Positions 8,389-18,047 of a DNA stretch of 29,670 nucleotides are shown here, in pieces. The stretch is from a virus (Duplodnaviria; Caudoviricetes), in IMG/VR virus record IMGVR_UViG_3300023276_000523, positions 1-29,670 of that record; one strand, 5' to 3'. Positions within the stretch are counted from its first letter, which is position 1. Each line of letters starts with the position of its first letter. The notes beneath the pieces are model-generated. The model was given only the letters and a program-made list of their open reading frames with translations, did not search any database and was not told the origin of the DNA. Made by a program: the position numbers and the translations under genes.

Positions 8389-8604
8389 ATGGGAAGACGA
8401 ATAACAAACTTAGAATTAGATGAGAAACTAGCGGATATAAAAGAAGATGTTAGATTTATAAAAACAAAACTTTTAGATCCAGATGTAGGAGTAACAGCTA
8501 GAGTGAATAAGAATACGTCTTTTCGTAAATCAACTACAAAGGTTTTATTTTCAATTTGGGTAGCACTTGCGGGAGTGTTAACTAAATTAATATTTTGGAA
8601 CTAA
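8389..8604 (+). CDS. Holin-like small membrane protein (71 aa)
   Basis: N-terminal coiled coil followed by a single C-terminal hydrophobic helix VLFSIWVALAGVLTKLIFW (XhlA-like holin architecture); coupled to the next gene by TAATG. Confidence 0.55.
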   Translation: MGRRITNLELDEKLADIKEDVRFIKTKLLDPDVGVTARVNKNTSFRKSTTKVLFSIWVALAGVLTKLIFWN

Positions 8605-9161
8605 TGGAAAAGAATAAAATATGGATAATAGCTTTAATAGCTCTTTTTCTATATATTATTAATTCAGAGGGGTGTAGAACTAATACTGATGATATTGTAA
8701 TAACTGAAACTGATACTATTAGAACTACATTTGTAGATACAGTTTTGTTTATAGATACAATAGTTCATACAGTAGTTGTAACTATTGATGATCCATTAAT
8801 AATAAATGATAGTGTAAAAGAATATACTAATGATTTTACAGATAGTTTATTAACAGGATCTGTATGGACACAGGTTCAAGGAAGTATGCTGAATCAGAAG
8901 ATTGATTATATACCAAAGTTTCCACAGTATATCTTTCAGATTGATACAGTAATTATTAACAATAATCAAACTATTATTAGACAACCGTCTAGTTTTAGTT
9001 TGAATGTAGGTCTTGAAGTAGGAGGGAATGCTGATAAATTCAACTTCTCTCCTATGTTAGGCTTAACAGATAAAAGAGGTACTTCTTACTCTTATAGATA
9101 CGGAGTTCTTGATAAAACTCATAATATAGGATTAATGTATAATATAAAAATAAAAAAATAA
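8604..9161 (+). CDS. Spanin-like membrane protein of Bacteroidetes-phage type (185 aa)
   Basis: ATG 8604 overlaps the holin stop. N-terminal hydrophobic segment IWIIALIALFLYII followed by SEGC, a DT-rich stalk (TDTIRTTFVDTVLFIDTI), and C-terminal amphipathic beta strands ending HNIGLMYNIKIKK. Confidence 0.55.
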   Translation: MEKNKIWIIALIALFLYIINSEGCRTNTDDIVITETDTIRTTFVDTVLFIDTIVHTVVVTIDDPLIINDSVKEYTNDFTDSLLTGSVWTQVQGSMLNQKIDYIPKFPQYIFQIDTVIINNNQTIIRQPSSFSLNVGLEVGGNADKFNFSPMLGLTDKRGTSYSYRYGVLDKTHNIGLMYNIKIKK

Positions 9162-9427
9162 TGAGTATATTAGATAGGTATAGAAAAACAAAAAATGGAC
9201 GTACACCAATAAAGGGTCGTCATGGTTCTAATCTAGATTGGAAATTTAATCAAGTATTAGCAGAACTTGAGGCTAATACAGTGAGTGATGTAATTTCTAA
9301 ATCAGATATTGGAACGACTACTGATCAACTTGCAGCAGCAACAACTTTAATAACAAATCTTACTGCGACTGTAGCTACACTAACTGCAGATGTAGCTGCG
9401 TTGAAAGCTATTCACGGTATACGATAA
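9161..9427 (+). CDS. Small coiled-coil protein, possible short virion fibre (88 aa)
   Basis: Heptad repeat LAAATTLITNLTATVATLTADVAALK; TAATG coupling; A-rich leader. Confidence 0.6.
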   Translation: MSILDRYRKTKNGRTPIKGRHGSNLDWKFNQVLAELEANTVSDVISKSDIGTTTDQLAAATTLITNLTATVATLTADVAALKAIHGIR

Positions 9428-9444
9428 CTTAATGAAATAAAAAT

Positions 9445-10590
9445 ATGATATTACAGATCACGTATGAAGGTCAACTGGTAGGACGTTACCAGAGCATAAC
9501 AGAAGCGTCAGATAAAACAGATATTGATAAAGGAAGTATCTGTAGAGTGTTAAAAGGTCAGCGTAAAAGTGCTGGAGGATTTAAATGGGAACGAGAAGAA
9601 GATGAAATTGATAATGATAATATCAATATGAATGATTCTGATTTTAACTCCTTGCTAACAGCAGAAGGATTAGACCGATCCAACGTCAAGTCTGTGAAGA
9701 TATGGCAAACAATGAGGGGTCAAACTCGTTACTCTATAGTAACAAAAGAGGGAGATCAAGCAATGAGAGATGTTAAAGATGAGTTCTTTGAAAGTTTAAA
9801 ATCTATATCCCCTACGACTTTAAAAAGATCGTATGATATAAAAAAGGAGAGTCCTATTGTATATGAAATATCTTTACCGGATATTCATTATGGTAAGAGG
9901 ACTGGTATTAGTCCGGAGCAAGCTGAAGTTAATTATATGAATTCAATTCAAGAATTACATCAGAGAGCAAAAGGATTAAATATAGAAAGATTCTTATTGC
10001 CTATAGGTAATGATGGAATGAATTCTGAAGGTGCTAGTAGAGCCACAACAAAAGGAACTCCTCAAGATGATACAATGGATTGGCAGCAATCTTTTGTTGG
10101 ATATACAAAACTAATGATAAAAGCTATAAATTATCTAAGTCAGTATGCTCCAGTAGATGTTGTTGTTATTCAGGGTAATCACGATCATGAACGTATGTTC
10201 TATGCAGGTGAAGTTTTATCTGCGTGGTATATGAAAGATGATAATGTTACTGTAGACAATGATACAGAAGGGAGAAAGTATTATGAGTATGGAACTAACA
10301 TGATTATGTTTACTCATGGGGATAAAGAGAAAGCTGCAAATATGCCACTTATAATGGCTACAGAGCAGCCAATGATGTTTGCACGAACTAAGTTTAGAGA
10401 AGTTCATTGTGGGCATCTACATAAAGAAATGGTTAACGAGTATAGAGGAATCAAAGTAAGATTTATTCCTTCAATATGCGCTAACGATTCTTGGCACAAA
10501 CTGATGGGTTATTCCGCATCGAGATGTGCTCAAGCATATATTTGGAATAAGGAGAAAGGATGTGAGGGTTATTTACAGGTAAATATTTAA
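9445..10590 (+). CDS. Calcineurin-like metallophosphoesterase with N-terminal NUMOD1/IENR1-like DNA-binding domain (381 aa)
   Basis: Complete metal-ligand set: LPDIHYG, IGNDGMN, QGNHDHE, FTHGD, CGHLH. The N-terminus QITYEGQLVGRYQSITEAS...IDKGSICRVLKGQRKSAGGFKW matches the NUMOD1 pattern. Confidence 0.85.
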   Translation: MILQITYEGQLVGRYQSITEASDKTDIDKGSICRVLKGQRKSAGGFKWEREEDEIDNDNINMNDSDFNSLLTAEGLDRSNVKSVKIWQTMRGQTRYSIVTKEGDQAMRDVKDEFFESLKSISPTTLKRSYDIKKESPIVYEISLPDIHYGKRTGISPEQAEVNYMNSIQELHQRAKGLNIERFLLPIGNDGMNSEGASRATTKGTPQDDTMDWQQSFVGYTKLMIKAINYLSQYAPVDVVVIQGNHDHERMFYAGEVLSAWYMKDDNVTVDNDTEGRKYYEYGTNMIMFTHGDKEKAANMPLIMATEQPMMFARTKFREVHCGHLHKEMVNEYRGIKVRFIPSICANDSWHKLMGYSASRCAQAYIWNKEKGCEGYLQVNI

Positions 10591-10594
10591 ACTA

Positions 10595-11320
10595 ATGGTA
10601 AATTTAAACACAATAGTATACGACATAATTAATACAGCATACGGCGGTGAAAGTACTGACGATGCTGATATAAGTTTTAGACAAGTAGCATATTGGATAA
10701 AGCAGGAGAGATCTCTTTTGTTATCTCAAATGTTAGGAAAGAAAATGAGAGTTGCTGCGTCTTGTGTGGAATATATTAACTGTGTTCATTTAACACCGGT
10801 TGATGCTTCAGAATGCTGTGAGATTGATCTGGGAGTCCACGTGCTTAAATCTATAAATCCCATCCCTACATCAGTTCAACGAAATGGTAGAGACAGTATA
10901 TTGGCCGTAGAATCTTTAGATGGTATGAGGCCATTTTCTGAAACTACAGATACCAGACGTAAATGGAATAAGTATAATAAATATACAAATTCTAAACAAC
11001 GTTGGTATATTAAAAACAACCACTTATATGTAAGCTGCGATATGAGAATAGACGCTGTTAAAGTCACAGGGATTTTTGAAGACCCTGAAGATGTTTGGAA
11101 GATGAACTATTGTACATCGTCAGAGAATCCTATCCTTTCATCTTGTGAGTATGACTGGGACTTTCCTTTTCCTATTTCCTTATCTATGGCAGAACAGGTT
11201 GCTAGTATAATATTACAGAAAAGAATTTCAATAATTTTAAATGCACCAAGCGATGACGAAAACAACGCAAAGGAGGATACCGCAGTGCGGGGAACTCCTA
11301 ACCAAGGCAAAGCAAACTAG
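10595..11320 (+). CDS. crAss-like tail ring/head-tail adaptor protein (241 aa)
   Basis: Motifs LNTIVYDI...STDDADISFRQVAYWIKQERSLL, YIKNNHLYV, VTGIFEDPEDV and FPISLSM; lies just upstream of the IHF-like, tail tubular and muzzle genes as in crAss-like phages. Confidence 0.7.
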   Translation: MVNLNTIVYDIINTAYGGESTDDADISFRQVAYWIKQERSLLLSQMLGKKMRVAASCVEYINCVHLTPVDASECCEIDLGVHVLKSINPIPTSVQRNGRDSILAVESLDGMRPFSETTDTRRKWNKYNKYTNSKQRWYIKNNHLYVSCDMRIDAVKVTGIFEDPEDVWKMNYCTSSENPILSSCEYDWDFPFPISLSMAEQVASIILQKRISIILNAPSDDENNAKEDTAVRGTPNQGKAN

Positions 11321-11732
11321 TTGTACACTAGTTCAAGCTTATAAGGAGTATGATGATTTTTATGACGTAGGTTATAAAAAGTATAGAAGTATATGTGAAA
11401 ATTTTAATAAATTAATCATAGACGAAATCCTCCTAAAAGCTAAAGAGTTTAAAATGCCTCATAGATTGGGATCACTTCGAATACTAAAAAAAGAAATGAA
11501 TTATTCAGCAGGCAAGAATAAATTAAAAATAAATTGGCAAGAGACTAATAAACATAAGAAGGTTGTTTATCATCTAAACGATCATACAGATGGATTTAAT
11601 TATAGATGGTTTTGGTCAAAGAAAAACGCTATAGTAAAGAATAAAACTATATATAGTTTTCAAGCTACTCGAACTAATAAAAGAAGATTAGCTTCTTTAT
11701 TAAAAGGGAAAAAAGTGGACTATTATGAATAG
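11241..11732 (+). CDS. crAss-like IHF/HU-related protein (start 11241 or 11253)
   Basis: Basic protein with FNKLIIDEILLKAKEFKMPHRLGSLRILK (HU/IHF helix-strand pattern), INWQET, and YRWFWSK...YSFQATRTNKRRLA. Occupies the conserved position in the crAss tail module. Confidence 0.7.
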   Translation: MHQAMTKTTQRRIPQCGELLTKAKQTSCTLVQAYKEYDDFYDVGYKKYRSICENFNKLIIDEILLKAKEFKMPHRLGSLRILKKEMNYSAGKNKLKINWQETNKHKKVVYHLNDHTDGFNYRWFWSKKNAIVKNKTIYSFQATRTNKRRLASLLKGKKVDYYE

Positions 11733-11747
11733 ATAAAAAAAGTTTAA

Positions 11748-12503
11748 ATGATATATAAATTTACATCCATAAAAGAAATAATAGAAGGTGTCTATAGAGA
11801 TACTCAAATTCATGAAGAGTTAGATATTTGGGACGTGATAGAGTGGGGAGGAGAAGCCTTAGAATTAATCGGAGCGGGGCTAGCGTATGAAGAACTAGTA
11901 GCTGAGATTTGTGTAAAAGAACATAGAGCCCCTCTTCCTTGTAACCTACATATTATGGATTCTATATCTTATAACGGTAATCCTTTAAAGTTATGTACAG
12001 GAACTTTTGGAGCTATTTCTACATCGCCAACAAGCGGTACTACAAATTTTATAGATGGCAAACAAGTAAATAAAGATAACTTTCCTATGCAAGGAAGTAC
12101 TATAAATCAAGGAGGAGATTGTTATTATATTAATGATAATTTTGTTGTTACTTCTTTTGAGAGCGGATGTATCTTGATGGCATTCAGGGGAATCAAAGTA
12201 GATCATGAAGGCTATCCAATGGTTCCAGATAATGTAAGTTATAAAAAAGCTTTAAAAGCATACATAACTATGATGATTGATAGAATAGGATGGAGAAAAG
12301 GAACTATGCCAGAAAATCTATATAGAGATAGTCAAAGAGATTGGGAGTGGTATGTTAAACAAGCTAGAGGTTCGGCTAACATGCCTAATCTAGATATGAT
12401 GGATAACATCAGATTACAATGGTTAAAATTAAAACCATCACAAACAGCACATCAAACTTTTTATACTGACCTAGGAAATCAAGAACGTAGAAAAGTAGGC
12501 TAA
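11748..12503 (+). CDS. crAss-like tail tubular/ring protein (P22 gp4-like position) (251 aa)
   Basis: Motifs FTSIKEII..VYRD...DVIEWGGEALELIG, LPCNL, YYINDNFVVTSFESG, DHEGYPMVPDN.SYKKAL and WEWYVKQA; directly upstream of, and coupled to, the muzzle gene. Confidence 0.75.
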   Translation: MIYKFTSIKEIIEGVYRDTQIHEELDIWDVIEWGGEALELIGAGLAYEELVAEICVKEHRAPLPCNLHIMDSISYNGNPLKLCTGTFGAISTSPTSGTTNFIDGKQVNKDNFPMQGSTINQGGDCYYINDNFVVTSFESGCILMAFRGIKVDHEGYPMVPDNVSYKKALKAYITMMIDRIGWRKGTMPENLYRDSQRDWEWYVKQARGSANMPNLDMMDNIRLQWLKLKPSQTAHQTFYTDLGNQERRKVG

Positions 12504-15500
12504 TGGCAAAAAAGAATCAAGATGAAAATAAAATACCTGTAAGCTTAAATACTTTTTATCAAGGTATGAATCAGGATATTTCTAAATATGCTATGAAAAG
12601 TGATCAGTACTACGAAGCTAACAATATTAGAATAGTAGCAAATTCTGGAAAGGAGGGAGCTGCTATGGTTAATATTGAAGGTAATGATTTTATGCTTGAA
12701 ATTCCAACGTCTCCTAAAGTTATAAAAATCGGATTAAGCGAAGGGACAGACTTATCAGGATTAACTTGGAGTATGACTGTTGATGTTTCTGTAGGAGGAC
12801 TTGGTAATTATAGTATTACTATTACTAATACTGGAGGTAATCCAATATTACAGTTAGCATCAACACTAGTAGATATTACTGCAGGGGCGTGGAGTTTAAA
12901 TGGGGTTGTATTAACAAGCCCCCCTTCATACCTAGCTGATGGTTTAGACGGATTTTTTCATATATATGATGAGTCTTCAAACACTCTAGTGCTATGGGGT
13001 AAACCGACTGACGCTGATTTTACTGCGTATCCTTCTAGTGGAGGTGCAGATTGGACAGTACAACAAGTAGGAAGTGTTTCTATTTCATCTCTTGTATCAG
13101 GGTTAGCTCAAAACTTTACAGATGTAATACAATTAGCTCCATCGCAACCTTCACTTAGTGTTATAGGATATACTAAATTAAGAGATTATATATATTTATT
13201 TACTACAAATATAGAAGGTGAGCCTGGTGGGCCAGGACAGATTTGGAAACTATTTATTAGACCTGCTATAGATAATCTATACGGTATACGTTCTTATGTT
13301 GAATGTGTATATACTAGAGCCCAGTGTATGAACTTTACTAAAAGTCATCCTATTGAAGCTTTAGGAAGATATGAAAAAAAAGATATTCAGGGAATATATT
13401 GGACAGACAATTATAATCCCCCAAGAAAATTAAATATAGCAAGTGGGCTTACCATGTCTACTCCATGTGCTTTTTTAGATTTAGCTCCCAAAACATCATT
13501 CTCAATGCCTATTTTAAATAGGATAACAAATGGTGGGCAATTACCAGCAGGTGTTTATCAATGCTCTTATAGATATAAAAGTGGTGAAGGACTTACAACA
13601 GATTGGTCTCCTTTATCAAATTTAGTTCCTATCTATGATGTAGATGATGATAATCCTTTTTGTAAGATTATAGGTACTGAAGGAGATATTGTTACTAAGA
13701 TTGGTAAGATTACAGGAAAAAGAATTGAATGGACTATAGGTGAACTTGATACTTCTTATGAACTTATAGAGGTAGCTGCAGTTTATAAAAAAGATAATAT
13801 CCCAGGAAATGATGAAATATATTCTTTTGCAGAATTAATTAATGGATCTTCTACTCTAACAGTTAATCTTAATGGCGCTGAAAATCAAATACCAATATCA
13901 ACAACAGATTTTATTACTGGGTTAGGTGCTACTTTCGAAACTGTAAAAACTATTGAATCAAAAGATAATAAATTATTTTTTGGTAATATTGAAAACACTA
14001 CATTTTATATTAATTTTGATGCCCGTGCTTATAGATATAATTCTTCATCACAGGCTCTTTTAGATTCTCAATCTGACGCCTCTGTGATAGTAGATCCAGC
14101 AGGAGGTCCGGGAACTATATTACCTGCAAATGTTCCAGCACAACATGATTGTATAAATCCTTTTAACATTGAAAACCCTGCACTTAATCCGAACTGGTTT
14201 ACAAATGATCAATATCAGTTCCAATCTGATGGAGGAACTTTAGGGGGATCAGGGGTTAATGTAAGTTATAGGTTTATAACAGAACAAGATCTAGGAGATA
14301 CACAAATGGATTGTCCTAATTTAGATAATCAATATCAACTGTTTTTTAATGATGATTCTTGTAATTCACACAATACTTCACCTACTACATCATGTTTTGT
14401 TAACCCAGATTCTTTTGGGGTTACTAATGCTTTTATTAATACTATTGAAAATTTAGGAATTAGTGTGCAAAACTATCCTATGAACAATACATTTAATAAT
14501 CAGAAGTCTCCATATAAGTGGAGTCTATATGGTAGTTATGCTAGGGGAGAGACATATCGATTTGGTATTGTGTTTTATAATAATAAAGGACAAGCAAGTT
14601 TTGTAAATTGGATAGGTGATATAAAAATACCATTTAGTTATTCAACAGGGACCGGACAGCCTACAGGAACTTTTGCAGTGTCAAGTTGGACATGGGACTT
14701 TAATAGTCCTACATATAATGGCCCTGTTGATTCTAATCTGAATAGTTCTCCGTTAAGAATGGAGGGACAAGTATGGTTAAATCAGATAGGTATAGACTTT
14801 GATGTTAATTTAGCAGGAATAAATCCTGAAATAGCTGCTGGTCTTACAGGATATTCTATTGTAAGAGTTGATAGAAAAGATATAGATAAATCTAAATTTG
14901 GTACAGCTTTATGTCATACCGTGGATAGATTAGATATGCTTAGAGATGAATGGGATGAACGAGTGGCACAAACACCGGCTGGAGGCGGACCTGGTTATAG
15001 TTGGGGTGTAGTAAATAATACTTCTGTATTGATACCAACTACAGGATATTTTCACTGGCCTTGTGGAGGATGGACTATGGCATATTGTGATGGTGCTACT
15101 GAAGGTTGTAATATTGACTCATGGCAAACAGGTAACGCTGACAATGATGACCATTTAGGTTATAATGTATGTAAAACTAGAAAGCATGAACTTTTATTGT
15201 ACGGCGCTTTAGGTTGGAAGAATAGTGATATAACCGAAGAGATGAATTTAGATGAAGGATTAGAAGTAAGTTATCCTGTAATTAGAGGAGACTATCTTAA
15301 AATAGATCAAGTATTTCAACCACATTTTAATAATAATATGGGGCTAAACCAAAGTTACTGGCCTACTACGGGTAGTATAGCAGGAGAAATACAACATTAT
15401 ACAAATAACTGGTATAAGTATTATGCAGGTATTACAGCAGTAGGAGGAATAAATGGTTCAATACAAAGTAGCCAGATTGATTATGTTGATGGAACTATAA

Positions 15501-18046
15501 GTAACTTAAACGGAATGGATCCGGCTAATAATAGATATATATTGGATTGGGGAACTTGGGTTCCAGATGCAGGATTTGTAGATGATACAGCAGATGAAAG
15601 TTTAGAATATTCATTTTATAATGTAACCAATCCAGGTGATAGATTAGCGAATAATTACTTACCACCTGCAGCCGGATCAGCAACTCCAATGACATTAACC
15701 TTTACTTGGACTTCTAATAGACCAAGATCTATAGGTAGTGAAGTTTTATTAGTTACATTTGATAGAGATGTAAGTCGTTGGTCAGGGGCTAATCATTTAA
15801 TGGGAGCTTCTAGTGATGCAGTTAGTGGTGGAGTAGAAGTTAGATATGCTCATGTTCCTTATAGATCAACATTTAGTTATGAAAGATATGCAGATCCTTA
15901 TGGGGGTCCTACATATGGAGCCAGAACTTATAGCGAATATATAAGTACAGGTCATTTCTATCCAATAAATTCAGGTACAAATTTATTAAATACTATGACT
16001 ACGGAAATATGGGGAGGAGATGTCCAGTGTCAGATATATGATTTTACACAGTTTGATAAGAATTGGGGACAAAGCGCTTTTGATAATTATGATACTATCA
16101 GTGCTACAGGAGCTTGGATTAATAGTATGATTCCTAGTGACGCAACATGGGGAGCCCATAGAGCATGTATGGTTCCTTTAGAATGTCATTATAGAAATGT
16201 TTTATGGAGACACGGGTATCACTTTGCGAGTAAAGAGACTGTAACAGGGTCTTATCCAAATGATGGTACACAACTACATGATGAGTATTTATTAAATGCT
16301 GCATATGATGCCAAGAATGATGTTAGAAATTACTTTCCATTACCATTGACTTTCTCTTTTGGAGATGAGTTTGATACAAGGATCTATTACTCACAAACAA
16401 AAATTAATGGCGAGCCTACTGATTCGTGGGCTGTATTTTTAATAAATGATTATAAAGATGTAGAGGGAGTATACGGTCCTATTAATAAATTAACAAGATT
16501 GCATGATACTATGTACTGGTTTCAAGATACTGGTTTTGGTGCTTTATCTGTTAATCCAACAGCTGTAGTACAAGCATCAGATGGAACAGCTTTACAATTA
16601 GGAACAGTAAGTTCAGGGGCGGGAGCATTTATACAAGATTACAAATACATCTCTACACAATTTGGATCTAGTCAACAATGGGCTGTTACTAAATCAGATA
16701 ACTCTATATATTTCTTTGATAGAAGAGCTAGAAAGATTTTTGGTTATAGTAGTCAAGGAACTGCCCCTTTAACAGATGTAACAGGACTACATTCATTTCT
16801 TATGGATGACTTACAAGGAGATGCTGTTAGTTTTGATAACCCTATCTTAAAAAAAGGTGTAACATCTACATATGATATTATGAATAATGAAGCTCTCTTT
16901 ACATTTCATGATAGTGGTTTTGTAAAACAATATGAACAGGCTGTCATACAAGAGCTACTATTTGGTGCAGCCCCAAATGAAGTATTACAACTTACTTTAA
17001 GGAATGTAATTCCTCAGTGTAATCCATGCTTTACTGAAGACTGTGAAGAATTTGATTGGACACTATCTACAACTCAATGGAGAATTTTAACTAACTTCTT
17101 TATTAATGGTGTAGGACCTTTTGTTGCTGTTATGATAGGCAAGTGGGGATGCCCAGGTTTTAATTTACCAGTACCAAATCCAGATGGAATACAATCTGGA
17201 GACATTCTACTATGGGTACCTCAAGTCTGGAATGATTATCCAGCAGGAATTCAACCAGATGTAAGATATTCTGATATAGATTTTGGTAATTTAATAGTAG
17301 CTAATGTAGACTGCGGTATAGGTCAGAAAAGTACTACTATAGCTTATAATGAATTAGTTAAAGGATTTACATCATTTTATGATTTTCATCCTAGTATATA
17401 TATTAATTCTGGCACATTTTTAGTAACACCTGATGTACAAGACATATGTCTACAAGACCCAGACGTAACGGGATGGAAAGAAAATAATCTATATTTACAT
17501 AACTATGGAGTATATGGTAAGTTTTATGATGTAATATATCCAAGTACGGTTACATTTATTTCTAATATGGAGTCAGCAGCTACAAAGGTATTTGATAATG
17601 TATCATATCATATGGAAAGTTTGTGGAGTAAAGGTAGAGGTAGTAAACCTTCAACTACAGAGGGCCACGTAACTGGATTACATTCAGGAGTTCCTAATCA
17701 ATCATTAATAGATATTAAGGATAATACTTTTGATAGAGTAAGATTTTATACAGACTATCAAATGACTGGATATGTAGATTTAATTCCAGGGACTAATATA
17801 AAGAAAAAAGAAAGAGAATGGCAAATGGCTGTTCCAAGAAATATAATGGATGAGAATATAGTAGATGCAGATATATTTAATGTATTCAACTACGATCCAT
17901 CTAGATTAAACAAAGACAGATTAAGAGATAAATATATGTTTATCGATTTAATATATAATAATTATGACACAGAAGTAGGAGAACCTAGGAATATTAAGTT
18001 TATTCTACACTACTTTAAAACATTTTTTAGACCTTCGTTCCGTTAA
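12503..18046 (+). CDS. Muzzle / tail stabilization protein (P22 gp10-like, crAss type) (1847 aa)
   Basis: Characteristic blocks: NTFYQGMNQD, YEANNIRI, IYWTDNYNPPRKLNI, GVYQCSYRY, KDNKLFFGNI, RGETYRFGIVFY, DTRIYYSQTKINGE..DSW..F, YGPINKL, TIAYNE..KGFTSFYD, KVFDNV, KKKEREW..AVPR, RLRDKY. Confidence 0.85.
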   Translation: MAKKNQDENKIPVSLNTFYQGMNQDISKYAMKSDQYYEANNIRIVANSGKEGAAMVNIEGNDFMLEIPTSPKVIKIGLSEGTDLSGLTWSMTVDVSVGGLGNYSITITNTGGNPILQLASTLVDITAGAWSLNGVVLTSPPSYLADGLDGFFHIYDESSNTLVLWGKPTDADFTAYPSSGGADWTVQQVGSVSISSLVSGLAQNFTDVIQLAPSQPSLSVIGYTKLRDYIYLFTTNIEGEPGGPGQIWKLFIRPAIDNLYGIRSYVECVYTRAQCMNFTKSHPIEALGRYEKKDIQGIYWTDNYNPPRKLNIASGLTMSTPCAFLDLAPKTSFSMPILNRITNGGQLPAGVYQCSYRYKSGEGLTTDWSPLSNLVPIYDVDDDNPFCKIIGTEGDIVTKIGKITGKRIEWTIGELDTSYELIEVAAVYKKDNIPGNDEIYSFAELINGSSTLTVNLNGAENQIPISTTDFITGLGATFETVKTIESKDNKLFFGNIENTTFYINFDARAYRYNSSSQALLDSQSDASVIVDPAGGPGTILPANVPAQHDCINPFNIENPALNPNWFTNDQYQFQSDGGTLGGSGVNVSYRFITEQDLGDTQMDCPNLDNQYQLFFNDDSCNSHNTSPTTSCFVNPDSFGVTNAFINTIENLGISVQNYPMNNTFNNQKSPYKWSLYGSYARGETYRFGIVFYNNKGQASFVNWIGDIKIPFSYSTGTGQPTGTFAVSSWTWDFNSPTYNGPVDSNLNSSPLRMEGQVWLNQIGIDFDVNLAGINPEIAAGLTGYSIVRVDRKDIDKSKFGTALCHTVDRLDMLRDEWDERVAQTPAGGGPGYSWGVVNNTSVLIPTTGYFHWPCGGWTMAYCDGATEGCNIDSWQTGNADNDDHLGYNVCKTRKHELLLYGALGWKNSDITEEMNLDEGLEVSYPVIRGDYLKIDQVFQPHFNNNMGLNQSYWPTTGSIAGEIQHYTNNWYKYYAGITAVGGINGSIQSSQIDYVDGTISNLNGMDPANNRYILDWGTWVPDAGFVDDTADESLEYSFYNVTNPGDRLANNYLPPAAGSATPMTLTFTWTSNRPRSIGSEVLLVTFDRDVSRWSGANHLMGASSDAVSGGVEVRYAHVPYRSTFSYERYADPYGGPTYGARTYSEYISTGHFYPINSGTNLLNTMTTEIWGGDVQCQIYDFTQFDKNWGQSAFDNYDTISATGAWINSMIPSDATWGAHRACMVPLECHYRNVLWRHGYHFASKETVTGSYPNDGTQLHDEYLLNAAYDAKNDVRNYFPLPLTFSFGDEFDTRIYYSQTKINGEPTDSWAVFLINDYKDVEGVYGPINKLTRLHDTMYWFQDTGFGALSVNPTAVVQASDGTALQLGTVSSGAGAFIQDYKYISTQFGSSQQWAVTKSDNSIYFFDRRARKIFGYSSQGTAPLTDVTGLHSFLMDDLQGDAVSFDNPILKKGVTSTYDIMNNEALFTFHDSGFVKQYEQAVIQELLFGAAPNEVLQLTLRNVIPQCNPCFTEDCEEFDWTLSTTQWRILTNFFINGVGPFVAVMIGKWGCPGFNLPVPNPDGIQSGDILLWVPQVWNDYPAGIQPDVRYSDIDFGNLIVANVDCGIGQKSTTIAYNELVKGFTSFYDFHPSIYINSGTFLVTPDVQDICLQDPDVTGWKENNLYLHNYGVYGKFYDVIYPSTVTFISNMESAATKVFDNVSYHMESLWSKGRGSKPSTTEGHVTGLHSGVPNQSLIDIKDNTFDRVRFYTDYQMTGYVDLIPGTNIKKKEREWQMAVPRNIMDENIVDADIFNVFNYDPSRLNKDRLRDKYMFIDLIYNNYDTEVGEPRNIKFILHYFKTFFRPSFR

Positions 18047-18047
18047 A

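Noticed and set aside
9445-9600. Homing endonuclease gene
   Set aside because: Only the NUMOD1-like DNA-binding part is present; there is no HNH or GIY-YIG catalytic motif.
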